A stretch of 64,000 nt of DNA from Escherichia phage vB_EcoM_G2540: sequence record MK327936.1. One strand, given 5' to 3'. Positions 38,763 through 49,216 of this stretch are shown one piece after another (the first letter of the stretch is position 1; each line of letters begins with the position of its first letter). The translations under genes and the position numbers were made by a program. Under the pieces are notes generated by a model. The model saw only the letters and a program-made list of their open reading frames with translations, was not told the origin of the DNA and ran no database searches.

Positions 38763-40328
38763 ATGACTATCAAAACTAAAGCTGAACTTTTGAACAAATG
38801 GAAGCCATTACTGGAAGGTGAAGGTTTACCGGAAATTGCTAATAGCAAACAAGCGATTATCGCTAAAATCTTTGAAAACCAGGAAAAAGATTTCCAGACA
38901 GCTCCGGAATATAAAGACGAAAAAATTGCTCAGGCATTTGGTTCTTTCTTAACAGAAGCTGAAATCGGCGGTGACCATGGTTACAATGCTACTAACATCG
39001 CTGCAGGTCAGACTTCTGGCGCAGTAACTCAGATTGGCCCAGCTGTTATGGGTATGGTACGTCGTGCTATTCCTAACCTGATTGCTTTCGATATTTGTGG
39101 TGTTCAGCCGATGAACAGCCCGACTGGCCAGGTATTCGCATTGCGTGCAGTATATGGTAAAGACCCAGTGGCTGCCGGTGCTAAAGAAGCATTCCACCCA
39201 ATGTATGGTCCAGATGCAATGTTCTCTGGTCAGGGTGCTGCTAAGAAATTCCCAGCTCTGGCTGCTAGCACACAAACCGTTGTAGGTGATATCTATACTC
39301 ACTTCTTCCAGGAAACTGGTACTGTGTATCTGCAAGCTTCCGCTGTAGTAACAATCGATGCTGGTGCGACTGATGCTGCTAAATTAGATGCTGAAATTAA
39401 GAAACAAATGGAAGCTGGTGCACTGGTAGAAATCGCTGAAGGTATGGCTACTTCTATCGCTGAACTCCAGGAAGGTTTCAACGGTTCTACCGATAACCCA
39501 TGGAATGAAATGGGCTTCCGTATCGATAAACAAGTTATCGAAGCTAAATCTCGTCAGCTGAAAGCTGCTTACTCTATCGAATTAGCACAAGACCTCCGCG
39601 CTGTTCACGGTATGGATGCTGATGCTGAACTGTCTGGTATTCTGGCTACAGAAATTATGCTGGAAATCAACCGTGAAGTTGTTGATTGGATTAACTACTC
39701 AGCACAGGTTGGTAAATCTGGTATGACCCTGACTCCGGGTTCTAAAGCTGGTGTATTTGACTTCCAGGACCCAATCGATATTCGTGGTGCTCGCTGGGCA
39801 GGTGAATCCTTTAAAGCTCTGTTGTTCCAGATTGACAAAGAAGCAGTTGAAATTGCTCGTCAGACTGGTCGCGGCGAAGGTAACTTCATTATCGCTTCCC
39901 GTAACGTAGTTAACGTTTTGGCTTCAGTTGATACCGGCATTTCTTATGCTGCACAGGGTCTGGCTACCGGCTTCAACACTGATACTACCAAGTCAGTATT
40001 TGCTGGTGTTCTGGGTGGTAAATACCGTGTATATATCGACCAGTATGCTAAGCAGGATTATTTCACTGTAGGTTATAAAGGTCCGAACGAAATGGATGCT
40101 GGTATTTACTATGCTCCATATGTAGCTCTGACTCCGCTGCGTGGTTCCGATCCGAAGAACTTCCAACCGGTAATGGGATTCAAAACTCGTTACGGTATCG
40201 GTATCAACCCATTTGCAGAATCCGCTGCTCAGGCTCCGGCTTCTCGCATCCAGAGCGGTATGCCTTCTATTCTGAATAGCCTTGGTAAAAACGCTTACTT
40301 CCGCCGTGTATATGTTAAAGGTATCTAA
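38763..40328 (+). CDS. 23: gp23 major capsid protein
   Basis: 521 aa, highly expressed-type codon usage. Confidence 0.97.
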   Translation: MTIKTKAELLNKWKPLLEGEGLPEIANSKQAIIAKIFENQEKDFQTAPEYKDEKIAQAFGSFLTEAEIGGDHGYNATNIAAGQTSGAVTQIGPAVMGMVRRAIPNLIAFDICGVQPMNSPTGQVFALRAVYGKDPVAAGAKEAFHPMYGPDAMFSGQGAAKKFPALAASTQTVVGDIYTHFFQETGTVYLQASAVVTIDAGATDAAKLDAEIKKQMEAGALVEIAEGMATSIAELQEGFNGSTDNPWNEMGFRIDKQVIEAKSRQLKAAYSIELAQDLRAVHGMDADAELSGILATEIMLEINREVVDWINYSAQVGKSGMTLTPGSKAGVFDFQDPIDIRGARWAGESFKALLFQIDKEAVEIARQTGRGEGNFIIASRNVVNVLASVDTGISYAAQGLATGFNTDTTKSVFAGVLGGKYRVYIDQYAKQDYFTVGYKGPNEMDAGIYYAPYVALTPLRGSDPKNFQPVMGFKTRYGIGINPFAESAAQAPASRIQSGMPSILNSLGKNAYFRRVYVKGI

Positions 40329-40343
40329 TCTTTGACGATTTAA

Positions 40344-40384
40344 GGGACCTTCGGGTCCCTTTAGTTGTTTTTATGGTATAAATA
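40344..40384 (+). promoter_or_regulatory. Terminator hairpin after gene 23 (GGGACCTTCGGGTCCC + T-run) followed by late promoter TATAAATA (40377-40384) for gene 24
   Basis: Perfect 6-bp GC stem with TTCG loop then T-rich tract; exact TATAAATA 27 nt upstream of the gene 24 ATG. Confidence 0.7.
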
Positions 40385-40411
40385 AATCATATAAACCAAA
40401 AGGAAAGCGCA

Positions 40412-41695
40412 ATGGCTAAAATCAACGAACTTCTGCGCGAATCAACCACAACGAATAGCAACTCAATCGGTCGCCCAAATCTCGTTGCTTTGACTCGCGC
40501 TACCACTAAATTAATATATTCTGACATTGTAGCAACGCAAAGAACTAATCAACCTGTTGCTGCTTTTTATGGTATCAAATACCTTAACCCAGACAACGAA
40601 TTTACATTTAAAACTGGTGCTACTTACGCTGGCGAAGCTGGATATGTAGACCGAGAACAAATCACAGAATTAACAGAAGAGTCTAAATTAACTCTCAATA
40701 AAGGCGATTTATTCAAATATAATAACATCGTTTATAAAGTATTAGAAGATACTCCATTCGCTGATATTGAAGAAAGCGACTTAGAGTTAGCTCTTCAGAT
40801 TGCAATTGTTCTTTTAAAGGTTCGTCTATTTTCTGACGCAGCGTCAACAAGCAAATTTGAAAGCTCTGATAGCGAAATTGCGGATGCTAGATTTCAGATT
40901 AATAAATGGCAAACCGCGGTTAAATCTCGTAAACTTAAAACTGGTATCACAGTTGAATTAGCGCAAGATTTAGAAGCAAATGGATTCGATGCTCCTAATT
41001 TCTTGGAAGATTTGCTTGCAACTGAAATGGCAGATGAAATCAATAAAGACATTCTGCAGTCTTTGATTACAGTGTCAAAACGCTATAAAGTTACAGGAAT
41101 TACTGATAGTGGATTCATCGATTTGAGTTATGCATCTGCTCCTGAAGCTGGTCGTTCATTATACCGAATGGTATGTGAAATGGTTTCGCATATCCAAAAA
41201 GAATCAACTTATACAGCAACGTTCTGTGTTGCTTCAGCTCGTGCCGCTGCGATTCTTGCTGCATCAGGTTGGTTAAAACATAAACCAGAAGATGATAAAT
41301 ATCTTTCACAAAATGCCTATGGGTTCTTAGCTAATGGTTTACCGCTTTATTGCGATACTAACAGCCCATTAGATTATGTAATCGTTGGCGTAGTAGAAAA
41401 TATCGGTGAAAAAGAAATTGTTGGATCAATTTTCTATGCTCCGTATACAGAAGGTCTCGACTTAGATGACCCTGAACATGTAGGTGCATTTAAAGTTGTG
41501 GTTGATCCAGAAAGCTTACAACCGTCTATCGGTTTATTAGTTAGATATGCTTTATCTGCAAATCCTTACACCGTAGCAAAAGATGAAAAAGAAGCAAGAA
41601 TAATTGACGGTGGAGACATGGATAAAATGGCGGGTCGTTCAGATTTGTCTGTTTTATTAGGTGTTAAATTACCAAAAATTATTATTGATGAATAA
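40412..41695 (+). CDS. 24: gp24 capsid vertex protein
   Basis: 427 aa paralog of gp23. Confidence 0.95.
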   Translation: MAKINELLRESTTTNSNSIGRPNLVALTRATTKLIYSDIVATQRTNQPVAAFYGIKYLNPDNEFTFKTGATYAGEAGYVDREQITELTEESKLTLNKGDLFKYNNIVYKVLEDTPFADIEESDLELALQIAIVLLKVRLFSDAASTSKFESSDSEIADARFQINKWQTAVKSRKLKTGITVELAQDLEANGFDAPNFLEDLLATEMADEINKDILQSLITVSKRYKVTGITDSGFIDLSYASAPEAGRSLYRMVCEMVSHIQKESTYTATFCVASARAAAILAASGWLKHKPEDDKYLSQNAYGFLANGLPLYCDTNSPLDYVIVGVVENIGEKEIVGSIFYAPYTEGLDLDDPEHVGAFKVVVDPESLQPSIGLLVRYALSANPYTVAKDEKEARIIDGGDMDKMAGRSDLSVLLGVKLPKIIIDE

Positions 41696-41700
41696 AGCAA

Positions 41701-41723
41701 AGGGACCGAAAGGTCCCTTTTTA
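41701..41723. terminator. Bidirectional terminator between gene 24 (+) and rnlB (-)
   Basis: AGGGACCGAAAGGTCCCT palindrome flanked by A-run and T-run. Confidence 0.75.
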
Positions 41724-41724
41724 T

Positions 41725-42729
41725 TTAGCTCACCAACTCAATCCAAGCTGGACGAAGTACATCTTGTACCATTTTAACTAATTCCTTTTTAATCAAAGAA
41801 GGATTATCTGCTTGAGTTAGAGTAATACCTTCACGAGAAGTTTCTTCCAAAATATCTTGAACAGTTAGCCCCATCACCTTTCCAAAATCTTTAGGACCAA
41901 TTTCGCCAATTTTAGAAATAACGTTATTTACTCGGTTCAGTGTAACGTAACAAGCTAAAATTCCCACCAATTTGTTATCAGCTTCTGATAGCTCAACTTT
42001 AGCTTTAATAGGCTTATCAGACTTTTTCTTTTCACTAAATTTGGAATTCTTGCATTTAATTGCTACACGATTTCCATTACGAAGCCAAGAAGGATAACAA
42101 GGTTTCAATACATATCCTTCAGCGGTAAATACTTCGCCTTTTGCTTCGGCATTCCAAACGCATTTATTTGCATCAACTAATCCAGCATGGTCTACTGTAA
42201 AATTATAATCTTGGACGACAGAATCTAAATCATTTGGCAATTTAATAAGCTCTTCAAATTTACCGCGACCTAAAAGTTGAGCCATTTTAAATTTAAATGT
42301 ATTGCAGAATGATTCCATCATATAATCGTCGACATAAGTCACATCACCACTTTCTGTAGTGACAATAATGTCAAATACATAAAAATCTTTATCGCCATAA
42401 TCGACATTCTTCTGAATGCCAGGTCCAGCGAATTCGCCAAAGACTTGATAAGATACAACCGCTGAAGTTTCCATAATATCTTGCACTGCTTTAATGGAAT
42501 CAGCGTAATTCTTTAGAATAATTTCATACCCAAAGAAATCTTCAGCAGGAAGAATAGGACCAGTACGTTTAGCGCAAGTCACTTTATCACGCTCAATAAT
42601 CAACGAGAAATTTGTGCCGTGAATCTTTTCACGAGCTACCCATTCGCCGCCAGTCAATCCCAAGCTGTAAAGTTTTTCAATAAATTTAGAGTTGTAATGA
42701 TTTTCAAGACTGCTATACTTTTTAAACAT
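41725..42729 (-). CDS. rnlB: RNA ligase 2 (Rnl2)
   Basis: 334 aa; nucleotidyltransferase motif I KIHGTNFS near the N-terminus. Confidence 0.9.
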   Translation of the reverse strand: MFKKYSSLENHYNSKFIEKLYSLGLTGGEWVAREKIHGTNFSLIIERDKVTCAKRTGPILPAEDFFGYEIILKNYADSIKAVQDIMETSAVVSYQVFGEFAGPGIQKNVDYGDKDFYVFDIIVTTESGDVTYVDDYMMESFCNTFKFKMAQLLGRGKFEELIKLPNDLDSVVQDYNFTVDHAGLVDANKCVWNAEAKGEVFTAEGYVLKPCYPSWLRNGNRVAIKCKNSKFSEKKKSDKPIKAKVELSEADNKLVGILACYVTLNRVNNVISKIGEIGPKDFGKVMGLTVQDILEETSREGITLTQADNPSLIKKELVKMVQDVLRPAWIELVS

Positions 42730-42738
42730 AATTAATCC

Positions 42739-43017
42739 TCAAAATGTAATTTCTAACCAATCACCATCACGCTGATCACTATTGACTTTAAAGCTAAATC
42801 CTTCTTTTCTAAGCCAATCACCAATTTCTTCAGTAATCAATTTATCGCGAGCAGTACAATAATAACTAAAATGTGTTTTACCTTGTTCAGCTGCTTTATT
42901 AGCAAGTTCCGAAAAATCTTTAATAAAACACTCTAGCTTAAACTGTTTACTTTTAAGTGCTTTTTCGCGTAATTGATTAGCAAAAGATTCATTTTCATAA
43001 AGATCATACTGTTCCAT
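42739..43017 (-). CDS. Hypothetical protein (24.2-like)
   Basis: 92 aa ORF. Confidence 0.55.
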   Translation of the reverse strand: MEQYDLYENESFANQLREKALKSKQFKLECFIKDFSELANKAAEQGKTHFSYYCTARDKLITEEIGDWLRKEGFSFKVNSDQRDGDWLEITF

Positions 43018-43219
43018 TTTTCACCTTTTTATTGATATGTCTTTTTCTATAGACAACTTTTTCTCGAGTTTCAAACTTATTCTTAGCAGTCATAGCTCGA
43101 GCCCATAATACAGCTACTTCTTTCGCCTGTAAGTTTAATTCACGAGCAATTTCAATGAATGACTTTCCAGACTCATGAAGAGTAAACACCACAACCTCAG
43201 TTCTCATAATCAATCTCAT
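43004..43219 (-). CDS. Hypothetical small protein, possible HTH (24.3-like)
   Basis: 71 aa; helix-turn-helix-like GKSFIEIARELNLQAKEVAVLW. Confidence 0.5.
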   Translation of the reverse strand: MRLIMRTEVVVFTLHESGKSFIEIARELNLQAKEVAVLWARAMTAKNKFETREKVVYRKRHINKKVKNGTV

Positions 43220-43288
43220 GTTATCGAGTTGGTGCCATTATATACATCATTTTCTGAGTGTGTTTTGTGTGCTTTCAAAATGAAGAAA

Positions 43289-43305
43289 GGGGGCCGAAGC
43301 CCCTT
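43289..43305 (-). terminator. Terminator hairpin after hoc (GGGGCUUCGGCCCC + U-rich)
   Basis: Same 17-nt motif ggggccgaagcccctta as at 2778-2794. Confidence 0.55.
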
Positions 43306-43309
43306 ATGA

Positions 43310-44728
43310 TTATGGATAGGTATAGATAATACCAGTTTCTAAAGCAGTTTTATGAATGATGTATCCATTACGTGATTCTTGGACATCAACTTCTGGATAG
43401 TCTTTCATCATCTTCTGAAGAGTGTAACGATGCAGGTAGTATTTACTATCTGGATCTTCAGTTTTCCAATCTTTACCTTCTTCAGTCATTTTTTGGATTT
43501 CATCCATGACCCACCAACCGCACCAGATGTAAGCTGAGCTACGGTGTGGAAGAGGATGAACATAAGGTAATTCACCTTCTGGTTCTGGAGCAACTTTATC
43601 AGTCACTTGAACTTGACCTTCTGCCGTAATAGTTTTGCTATCATAATCAGCAGCAGTAACAGTCGCAGTAACTTCAATAGTTTGACTTCCAATAGATGAG
43701 GTATCAACGGTATATACATTAGTTGACCCTTCTACAGGAGAAGAATCTTTCTTCCATGAATACTCAATTTGCGCTTCTTCTGGAGCATCAGTAACATTAG
43801 CAGTAAATGTAGCCGAAGCATCTTGTTGAACGTTAATAGAAGGAGGAGTCAATGTAACCTGTGGATTCATTGTCTTCTTATTAACTGTTAATGATACTTC
43901 ATTAGAAGTAACTTCCTTTTCATTGTAATTTTCAGCAGTTACTTGGGCTACGCATTTAATTCTTTTTACTCCACTTGTAGTTGGAGTATAGCTAAATGTA
44001 GAGTTAGTTTCTCCACCAACTTGTGAATCATCTACATACCACTGATACGTAGCAGATGCTCCATCAGGTTGAGAAACTAAAGTAGCGGTAAATTCAACAG
44101 CTGTTCCGATTACTCCAGCTGAAGGACTATCGGGAGTTACTGCCAAGGTAGTTGTCTGTGTCTTTTTATTAACAGTCAGTGACACTTCATTAGAAGTAAC
44201 TTCTTTTGCATCATAATCTGTCGCGGTTACTTGAGCCACACACTTAATTGTTTTAACTCCGCTTGTGGTAGGAGTGTAATTGAATGTAGCAGAAGTTGCT
44301 TCGCCCACAGGAGAACCGTCAACGTGCCATTGATACGTAGCAGATGCACCTGGTGGCTGCGAAGCTAAAGCGGCAGTAAATTCAATAGCTGTTCCGATTA
44401 CTCCAGCGTCAGGGCTATTAGGAGTTACAGCTAAGGTGGTCGTTTGTGTCTTATTTTGAACTGTGATAGTTGTAGTAGCTTCTGCTGTTTCAGCTTCAGC
44501 TTCTGGAACTGTATTTGTTGCAACTACTTTAATAGTCTTTTGACCGGCAGGTCCTTTTAATACATAACTAAAAGTTGCTTCAGCTCCATCTTGTGGAACA
44601 TCATCTACAGTCCAAGCATAGGTAATAGGTCCATCTCCAGTTTGACCACTGGGTGTAGCAGTAAACTGCTGAGTCTGATCTATAACTCCAGTAGGTGTTT
44701 TAGGAGTTATATCAACTGTAAAAGCCAT
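43310..44728 (-). CDS. hoc: Hoc, highly immunogenic outer capsid protein with four Ig-like modules plus capsid-binding C-terminal domain
   Basis: 472 aa; N-terminal MAFTVDITPKTPTGVIDQTQQFTATPSG and C-terminal GELPYVHPLPHRSSAYIWCGWWVMDEIQ; two adjacent about 95-aa modules starting KTQTTTLAVTP. Confidence 0.9.
   Translation of the reverse strand: MAFTVDITPKTPTGVIDQTQQFTATPSGQTGDGPITYAWTVDDVPQDGAEATFSYVLKGPAGQKTIKVVATNTVPEAEAETAEATTTITVQNKTQTTTLAVTPNSPDAGVIGTAIEFTAALASQPPGASATYQWHVDGSPVGEATSATFNYTPTTSGVKTIKCVAQVTATDYDAKEVTSNEVSLTVNKKTQTTTLAVTPDSPSAGVIGTAVEFTATLVSQPDGASATYQWYVDDSQVGGETNSTFSYTPTTSGVKRIKCVAQVTAENYNEKEVTSNEVSLTVNKKTMNPQVTLTPPSINVQQDASATFTANVTDAPEEAQIEYSWKKDSSPVEGSTNVYTVDTSSIGSQTIEVTATVTAADYDSKTITAEGQVQVTDKVAPEPEGELPYVHPLPHRSSAYIWCGWWVMDEIQKMTEEGKDWKTEDPDSKYYLHRYTLQKMMKDYPEVDVQESRNGYIIHKTALETGIIYTYP
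43867..44455 (-). repeat. Diverged tandem duplication (about 290 bp x 2) encoding two similar Ig-like modules of Hoc
   Basis: Protein repeats KTQTTTLAVTP...VSLTVNKKT occur twice in tandem; unit boundaries approximate. Confidence 0.7.
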
Positions 44729-44737
44729 AAGTTATCC

Positions 44738-45418
44738 TTATTTTAATGTTACGAAAGAAGAATTGCGTGTTTCACGAATTAAAACTGATCCGTCGCGGTT
44801 AATGTAATAAATTAAGCTAAATAAAGTTTGGTGTGCTGACGCATGTTCAAAACTAGTTGGGTGAGATTTCCAATCCGGAGTTTCAGCAATCCATTGATAA
44901 ATCCACCAAGGAACAGTACAGAATCCTGGATTTTTTCCAATCAGCTGAAGATTCGGACTAAAGTTTTCCGGAAGAGTAAATACAGACGGCTTTTCAGATT
45001 CAACAATCTCAGCTACAGCCTGTTCGAATTTTTCTTCAACAAAAGGAGTATCTTCAATCAAAACTGAGGTATTTTCAGGAATTTTATCCGTTTCTACTAC
45101 TTCAATTTTAATGTCAGATTTAACCGGAGAATCAATCAGAAGTGCTGCTTCTGGATTGACTTCTTCATCGTCATATTTTAATCCCTCTGCGGCATCAGCA
45201 GCATCAATTAGGTCTTTAATAGATAACCCATCAGTCTCTGGCATAGGTTCACTAGCGAGCTTCTGGAGGGCTTCTTCAATATCAACAACGATATTATCAA
45301 AAGATTTATTCTTTTTGACCTTTATACCAAACTGTTCAGCATATTCAGCTAATTTAGCTTTAGCTTCTTTGTTATCATCAAGAGCCTTCAGCTCTGCAAT
45401 ATAATCTTTATCTATCAT
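44738..45418 (-). CDS. inh: Inh, inhibitor of prohead protease
   Basis: 226 aa; position between hoc and uvsW as in T4. Confidence 0.8.
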   Translation of the reverse strand: MIDKDYIAELKALDDNKEAKAKLAEYAEQFGIKVKKNKSFDNIVVDIEEALQKLASEPMPETDGLSIKDLIDAADAAEGLKYDDEEVNPEAALLIDSPVKSDIKIEVVETDKIPENTSVLIEDTPFVEEKFEQAVAEIVESEKPSVFTLPENFSPNLQLIGKNPGFCTVPWWIYQWIAETPDWKSHPTSFEHASAHQTLFSLIYYINRDGSVLIRETRNSSFVTLK

Positions 45419-45431
45419 AATATTTCCTCAG

Positions 45432-45439
45432 TATAAATA
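45432..45439 (+). promoter_or_regulatory. Late-type TATAAATA box upstream of uvsW
   Basis: cagTATAAATAtag 30 nt upstream of the uvsW ATG. Confidence 0.4.
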
Positions 45440-45468
45440 TAGATATATTTATTACATGGTATTTAGAC

Positions 45469-46980
45469 ATGACTGACATTAAAGTACATTTTTATGATTT
45501 TAGTCACGTGAGAATTGACTGTGAAGAAAGTACATTTCATGAACTCCGTGATTTCTTTAGCTTTGAAGCTGATGGGTATCGTTTTAATCCGAAATACAAA
45601 TATGGCCACTGGGATGGACGAATCCGTCTTTTAGATTATAATCGTCTTCTTCCATTCGGCTTAGTCGGGCAAATTAAAAAGTTCTGTGATAACTTTGGCT
45701 ATAAAGCCTGGATTGACCCACAAATTAACGAAAAAGAAGAATTATCAAGAAAAGATTTTGATGAATGGCTTTCTAAATTAGAAATCTATTCAGGAAATAA
45801 AAGAATTGAACCACACTGGTATCAAAAAGATGCAGTGTTCGAAGGATTAGTTAATCGTCGTAGAATTCTTAATCTTCCAACATCTGCAGGTAAATCTTTA
45901 ATTCAAGCTTTGCTTGCGCGGTATTATTTGGAAAATTATGAAGGTAAAATTCTTATCATTGTTCCAACAACTGCTCTGACAACTCAGATGGCTGATGACT
46001 TCGTCGACTATCGTTTATTCAGCCATGCAATGATAAAGAAAATTGGTGGCGGAGCATCAAAAGATGATAAATATAAAAATGATGCACCAGTCGTTGTTGG
46101 TACATGGCAAACTGTAGTTAAACAACCAAAAGAATGGTTCTCACAGTTTGGAATGATGATGAATGATGAATGCCATCTTGCTACAGGAAAAAGTATTTCA
46201 TCTATCATATCAGGTTTAAATAACTGTATGTTTAAATTTGGTCTATCTGGTTCATTACGTGATGGCAAAGCCAATATCATGCAGTATGTTGGAATGTTTG
46301 GTGAAATATTTAAGCCAGTAACGACTTCTAAGTTAATGGAAGATGGACAAGTAACTGAGCTAAAAATTAATAGTATTTTTCTTCGCTATCCCGATGAGTT
46401 CACTACTAAATTAAAGGGAAAAACTTATCAAGAAGAAATAAAAATTATTACTGGGCTTAGTAAAAGAAATAAATGGATCGCTAAATTAGCTATTAAGCTT
46501 GCGCAAAAAGATGAAAACGCTTTTGTCATGTTTAAACATGTATCACATGGTAAAGCTATTTTCGATTTAATTAAAAATGAATACGATAAAGTTTATTACG
46601 TATCAGGGGAAGTTGATACCGAAACCCGCAATATAATGAAAACCTTAGCTGAAAATGGTAAAGGAATAATTATAGTAGCTAGTTATGGTGTATTTTCTAC
46701 TGGTATTTCAGTTAAAAATCTGCATCATGTTGTTTTAGCGCACGGTGTTAAATCAAAAATCATTGTATTACAAACAATCGGTCGTGTATTACGTAAGCAT
46801 GGTTCTAAGACAATAGCAACCGTCTGGGACCTCATAGATGATTGTGGCGTTAAGCCAAAATCTGCTAATACGAAAAAGAAATATGTTCATTTGAACTATC
46901 TTTTAAAACACGGCATTGATCGTATTCAGCGCTACGCAGATGAAAAATTTAATTACGTAATGAAAACAGTTAATTTATAA
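45469..46980 (+). CDS. uvsW: UvsW DNA/RNA helicase (SF2)
   Basis: 503 aa; Walker A PTSAGKS, DExH-like MMNDECH, helicase C-terminal motifs. Confidence 0.93.
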   Translation: MTDIKVHFYDFSHVRIDCEESTFHELRDFFSFEADGYRFNPKYKYGHWDGRIRLLDYNRLLPFGLVGQIKKFCDNFGYKAWIDPQINEKEELSRKDFDEWLSKLEIYSGNKRIEPHWYQKDAVFEGLVNRRRILNLPTSAGKSLIQALLARYYLENYEGKILIIVPTTALTTQMADDFVDYRLFSHAMIKKIGGGASKDDKYKNDAPVVVGTWQTVVKQPKEWFSQFGMMMNDECHLATGKSISSIISGLNNCMFKFGLSGSLRDGKANIMQYVGMFGEIFKPVTTSKLMEDGQVTELKINSIFLRYPDEFTTKLKGKTYQEEIKIITGLSKRNKWIAKLAIKLAQKDENAFVMFKHVSHGKAIFDLIKNEYDKVYYVSGEVDTETRNIMKTLAENGKGIIIVASYGVFSTGISVKNLHHVVLAHGVKSKIIVLQTIGRVLRKHGSKTIATVWDLIDDCGVKPKSANTKKKYVHLNYLLKHGIDRIQRYADEKFNYVMKTVNL

Positions 46981-46993
46981 GGGCTTCGGCCCT

Positions 46994-47236
46994 TTGGAGA
47001 AAAAGATGTTACTAGAATTTAAACAATTTCTTTATGAAGCTTCTATTGATGAATTTATGGGTAAAATTGCCTCTTGTCAAACATTAGAAGGTTTAGAAGA
47101 ACTTGAAGCTTATTATAAGAAAAGAGTTAAAGAAACTGAATTAAAAGATACTGATGACATCTCTGTGAGAGATGCTTTGGCAGGAAAAAGAGCTGAATTA
47201 GAAGATTCAGATGATGAAGTAGAAGAAAGCTTTTAA
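46994..47236 (+). CDS. uvsW.1: UvsW.1 small acidic protein
   Basis: 80 aa ORF directly after uvsW (likely start at the internal Met MLLEFKQ...). Confidence 0.7.
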   Translation: MEKKMLLEFKQFLYEASIDEFMGKIASCQTLEGLEELEAYYKKRVKETELKDTDDISVRDALAGKRAELEDSDDEVEESF

Positions 47237-47291
47237 ATTAAAAAAGGCCCAACCAAAAAGGAAGGGCCAAAACTATAGACTAAAGGTCACA

Positions 47292-47459
47292 CTATAGCAA
47301 AAGTTGTGTTTCATTTAATTGTTCTTCCGAACTTTCTGAAACTGGTAGTTCTTTAATGTAATTATAGCAAGGCCCAGGATGTACAGGACCTTTGTCTGTT
47401 TCAACAACCAATGCAGAATCGATTGGAGTTTTACAGACAACACAAATCTTATCTGACAT
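47292..47459 (-). CDS. Small CxxC protein (55 aa; uvsY.-2-like), below ORF-track cutoff
   Basis: Translation MSDKICVVCKTPIDSALVVETDKGPVHPGPCYNYIKEL...; CxxC...PC motif; fills gap upstream of the uvsY operon. Confidence 0.45.
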   Translation of the reverse strand: MSDKICVVCKTPIDSALVVETDKGPVHPGPCYNYIKELPVSESSEEQLNETQLLL

Positions 47460-47487
47460 GATTGTCTCCTCTGAATTATATATCTAT

Positions 47488-47712
47488 TTATACAACTCTC
47501 ATATGCATATCAATGCCCATATCTTTAGAATAAAAATATTCATCAAGATATCCGGCAAATTTTCCTTTAATATAAAGGACATCTTCACCACACGGGTGGT
47601 CGGCCAGGATACGAATATCCTGACGCTTAAGATTATGCTTTTTCATTAAGAATTGAATTTCCGTTTCAAATTCTTCTTCATAATTAAAAGCATCATCAAT
47701 GCTATATCTCAT
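47488..47712 (-). CDS. Hypothetical protein (uvsY.-1-like)
   Basis: 74 aa ORF, ATGA overlap with uvsY. Confidence 0.55.
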   Translation of the reverse strand: MRYSIDDAFNYEEEFETEIQFLMKKHNLKRQDIRILADHPCGEDVLYIKGKFAGYLDEYFYSKDMGIDMHMRVV

Positions 47713-48125
47713 TATTTTCCAGCCTCAAAAGCCCGCATGTCTTGAATATGCTTAATAGCAAATCCGCGTGATTTGATAGCATCAAGAGCTCCGCTACAGA
47801 AATCTAATAAAATTCCCCAATATTGTAATGAAGTATCAACCTTTAAAACATCCTTATCAGCTGATAGAACTGTCTTCATTTCTGATTTCTCGTAACGATC
47901 CATACTAAATTCATCACCATCTCCTCGTCCCGAGTAGTAGTCTAATTTAGCTTTAAGAGCAACTTTCTTTTGCGCGTCAATTCTAAGCATTTCCTTTTTA
48001 ATACTTGAATGCTTATTAAGCCATTTACTATATAACATCACATTATTAGCTGCTTCATACTGTAATTTAGTCGAATCTATAAACACATCTTTCTTCAATT
48101 CTTCTTGAAGATCTTCTAATCTCAT
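47712..48125 (-). CDS. uvsY: UvsY recombination mediator protein
   Basis: 137 aa; size and position match T4 UvsY. Confidence 0.88.
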   Translation of the reverse strand: MRLEDLQEELKKDVFIDSTKLQYEAANNVMLYSKWLNKHSSIKKEMLRIDAQKKVALKAKLDYYSGRGDGDEFSMDRYEKSEMKTVLSADKDVLKVDTSLQYWGILLDFCSGALDAIKSRGFAIKHIQDMRAFEAGK

Positions 48126-48191
48126 ATTGTTCTCTATTCAATTGTTATTGGATGGACTTAGATTCATTATACCACGTTTTAACGTGAAGCA

Positions 48192-48590
48192 TTATACTCT
48201 ATTACTAGAAGCCAGTTGCAGTTTTATCTGCTCAATATCATCAGGGTTATCGATGACCGAAAAACGTATTTCTACTATCAGAGTATAATCATCATAAACG
48301 GGTATCACATTAACTGCTAATTTATCAATACGTGGCTCATAGTTTCTTACTGCGCTTTCGATATTACGCTCAACTGTGTCAGCAGTAAGAGGAGTCATAT
48401 TTTCAAAAAGCTGGTCTGATAAATCACATCCAAATTCAGGGTCAAACGGTCTTGAACCTTTTCTTGTTGTAATAATTCCCAAAAGACTGTTTTTAATTGA
48501 CCTTAATCCAAGTGATCTGGAAACGTCTTTGTTCCAATCCATTTTCATTTCCGGGTCAATGTCAGAATAAAGCTTATTAATATTTGACAT
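48192..48590 (-). CDS. 25: gp25 baseplate wedge protein (lysozyme-like fold)
   Basis: 132 aa. Confidence 0.9.
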   Translation of the reverse strand: MSNINKLYSDIDPEMKMDWNKDVSRSLGLRSIKNSLLGIITTRKGSRPFDPEFGCDLSDQLFENMTPLTADTVERNIESAVRNYEPRIDKLAVNVIPVYDDYTLIVEIRFSVIDNPDDIEQIKLQLASSNRV

Positions 48591-49216
48591 TATAGTAACT
48601 CAAAGAACTCTTTGAGGCCTCTTATTACGTGAGCATGGGTTTTTCCACACTCTGGACACTTAATTGGAACAGCCAAATAAACAGTAGGCTTTAAAAGCAT
48701 ATCTTTTATAGCTACAATATCTGACTCTGTGATGATAGAATATAAATCTTCCAGTTCTTTTTCATTTAAGTCTTCAACTGGAATGCTTTCCCCGTTAGCA
48801 TGAATCGTTTCTATACATGATACTATCATGTGGGCTATATTTTTATCATCAAAAATTTTAGGGTATCGGAATTTAATTTTAATGTCACCCAGTGTATACC
48901 AGAGGTCTTCTGGTGCATCTATTTGTGTATGTAATAGATTTATATGGGTTGGTATTTCAGTTCCACAGGTGCACTTCCAGGAGTTTTCGTGATTAACTTC
49001 ACCGAGAGAATGTGCCCATAAATGAATCAACAATAGTTCTGATTCTTGGCGGTTTAAATCTTTTGCATTTGTGCAGTCTTTGATTAGCTTTTTAACAATT
49101 ACTTCTACGGAACCATTATTTTTGGCAGTAATAAGTTCTAGATATTCTTTAAGCGTGAATGCGCGACAATTGATTATTTTAGAACCAACTCTCACATCAA
49201 ATTTGTATTCATACAT
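48590..49216 (-). CDS. 26: gp26 baseplate hub protein
   Basis: 208 aa. Confidence 0.88.
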   Translation of the reverse strand: MYEYKFDVRVGSKIINCRAFTLKEYLELITAKNNGSVEVIVKKLIKDCTNAKDLNRQESELLLIHLWAHSLGEVNHENSWKCTCGTEIPTHINLLHTQIDAPEDLWYTLGDIKIKFRYPKIFDDKNIAHMIVSCIETIHANGESIPVEDLNEKELEDLYSIITESDIVAIKDMLLKPTVYLAVPIKCPECGKTHAHVIRGLKEFFELL

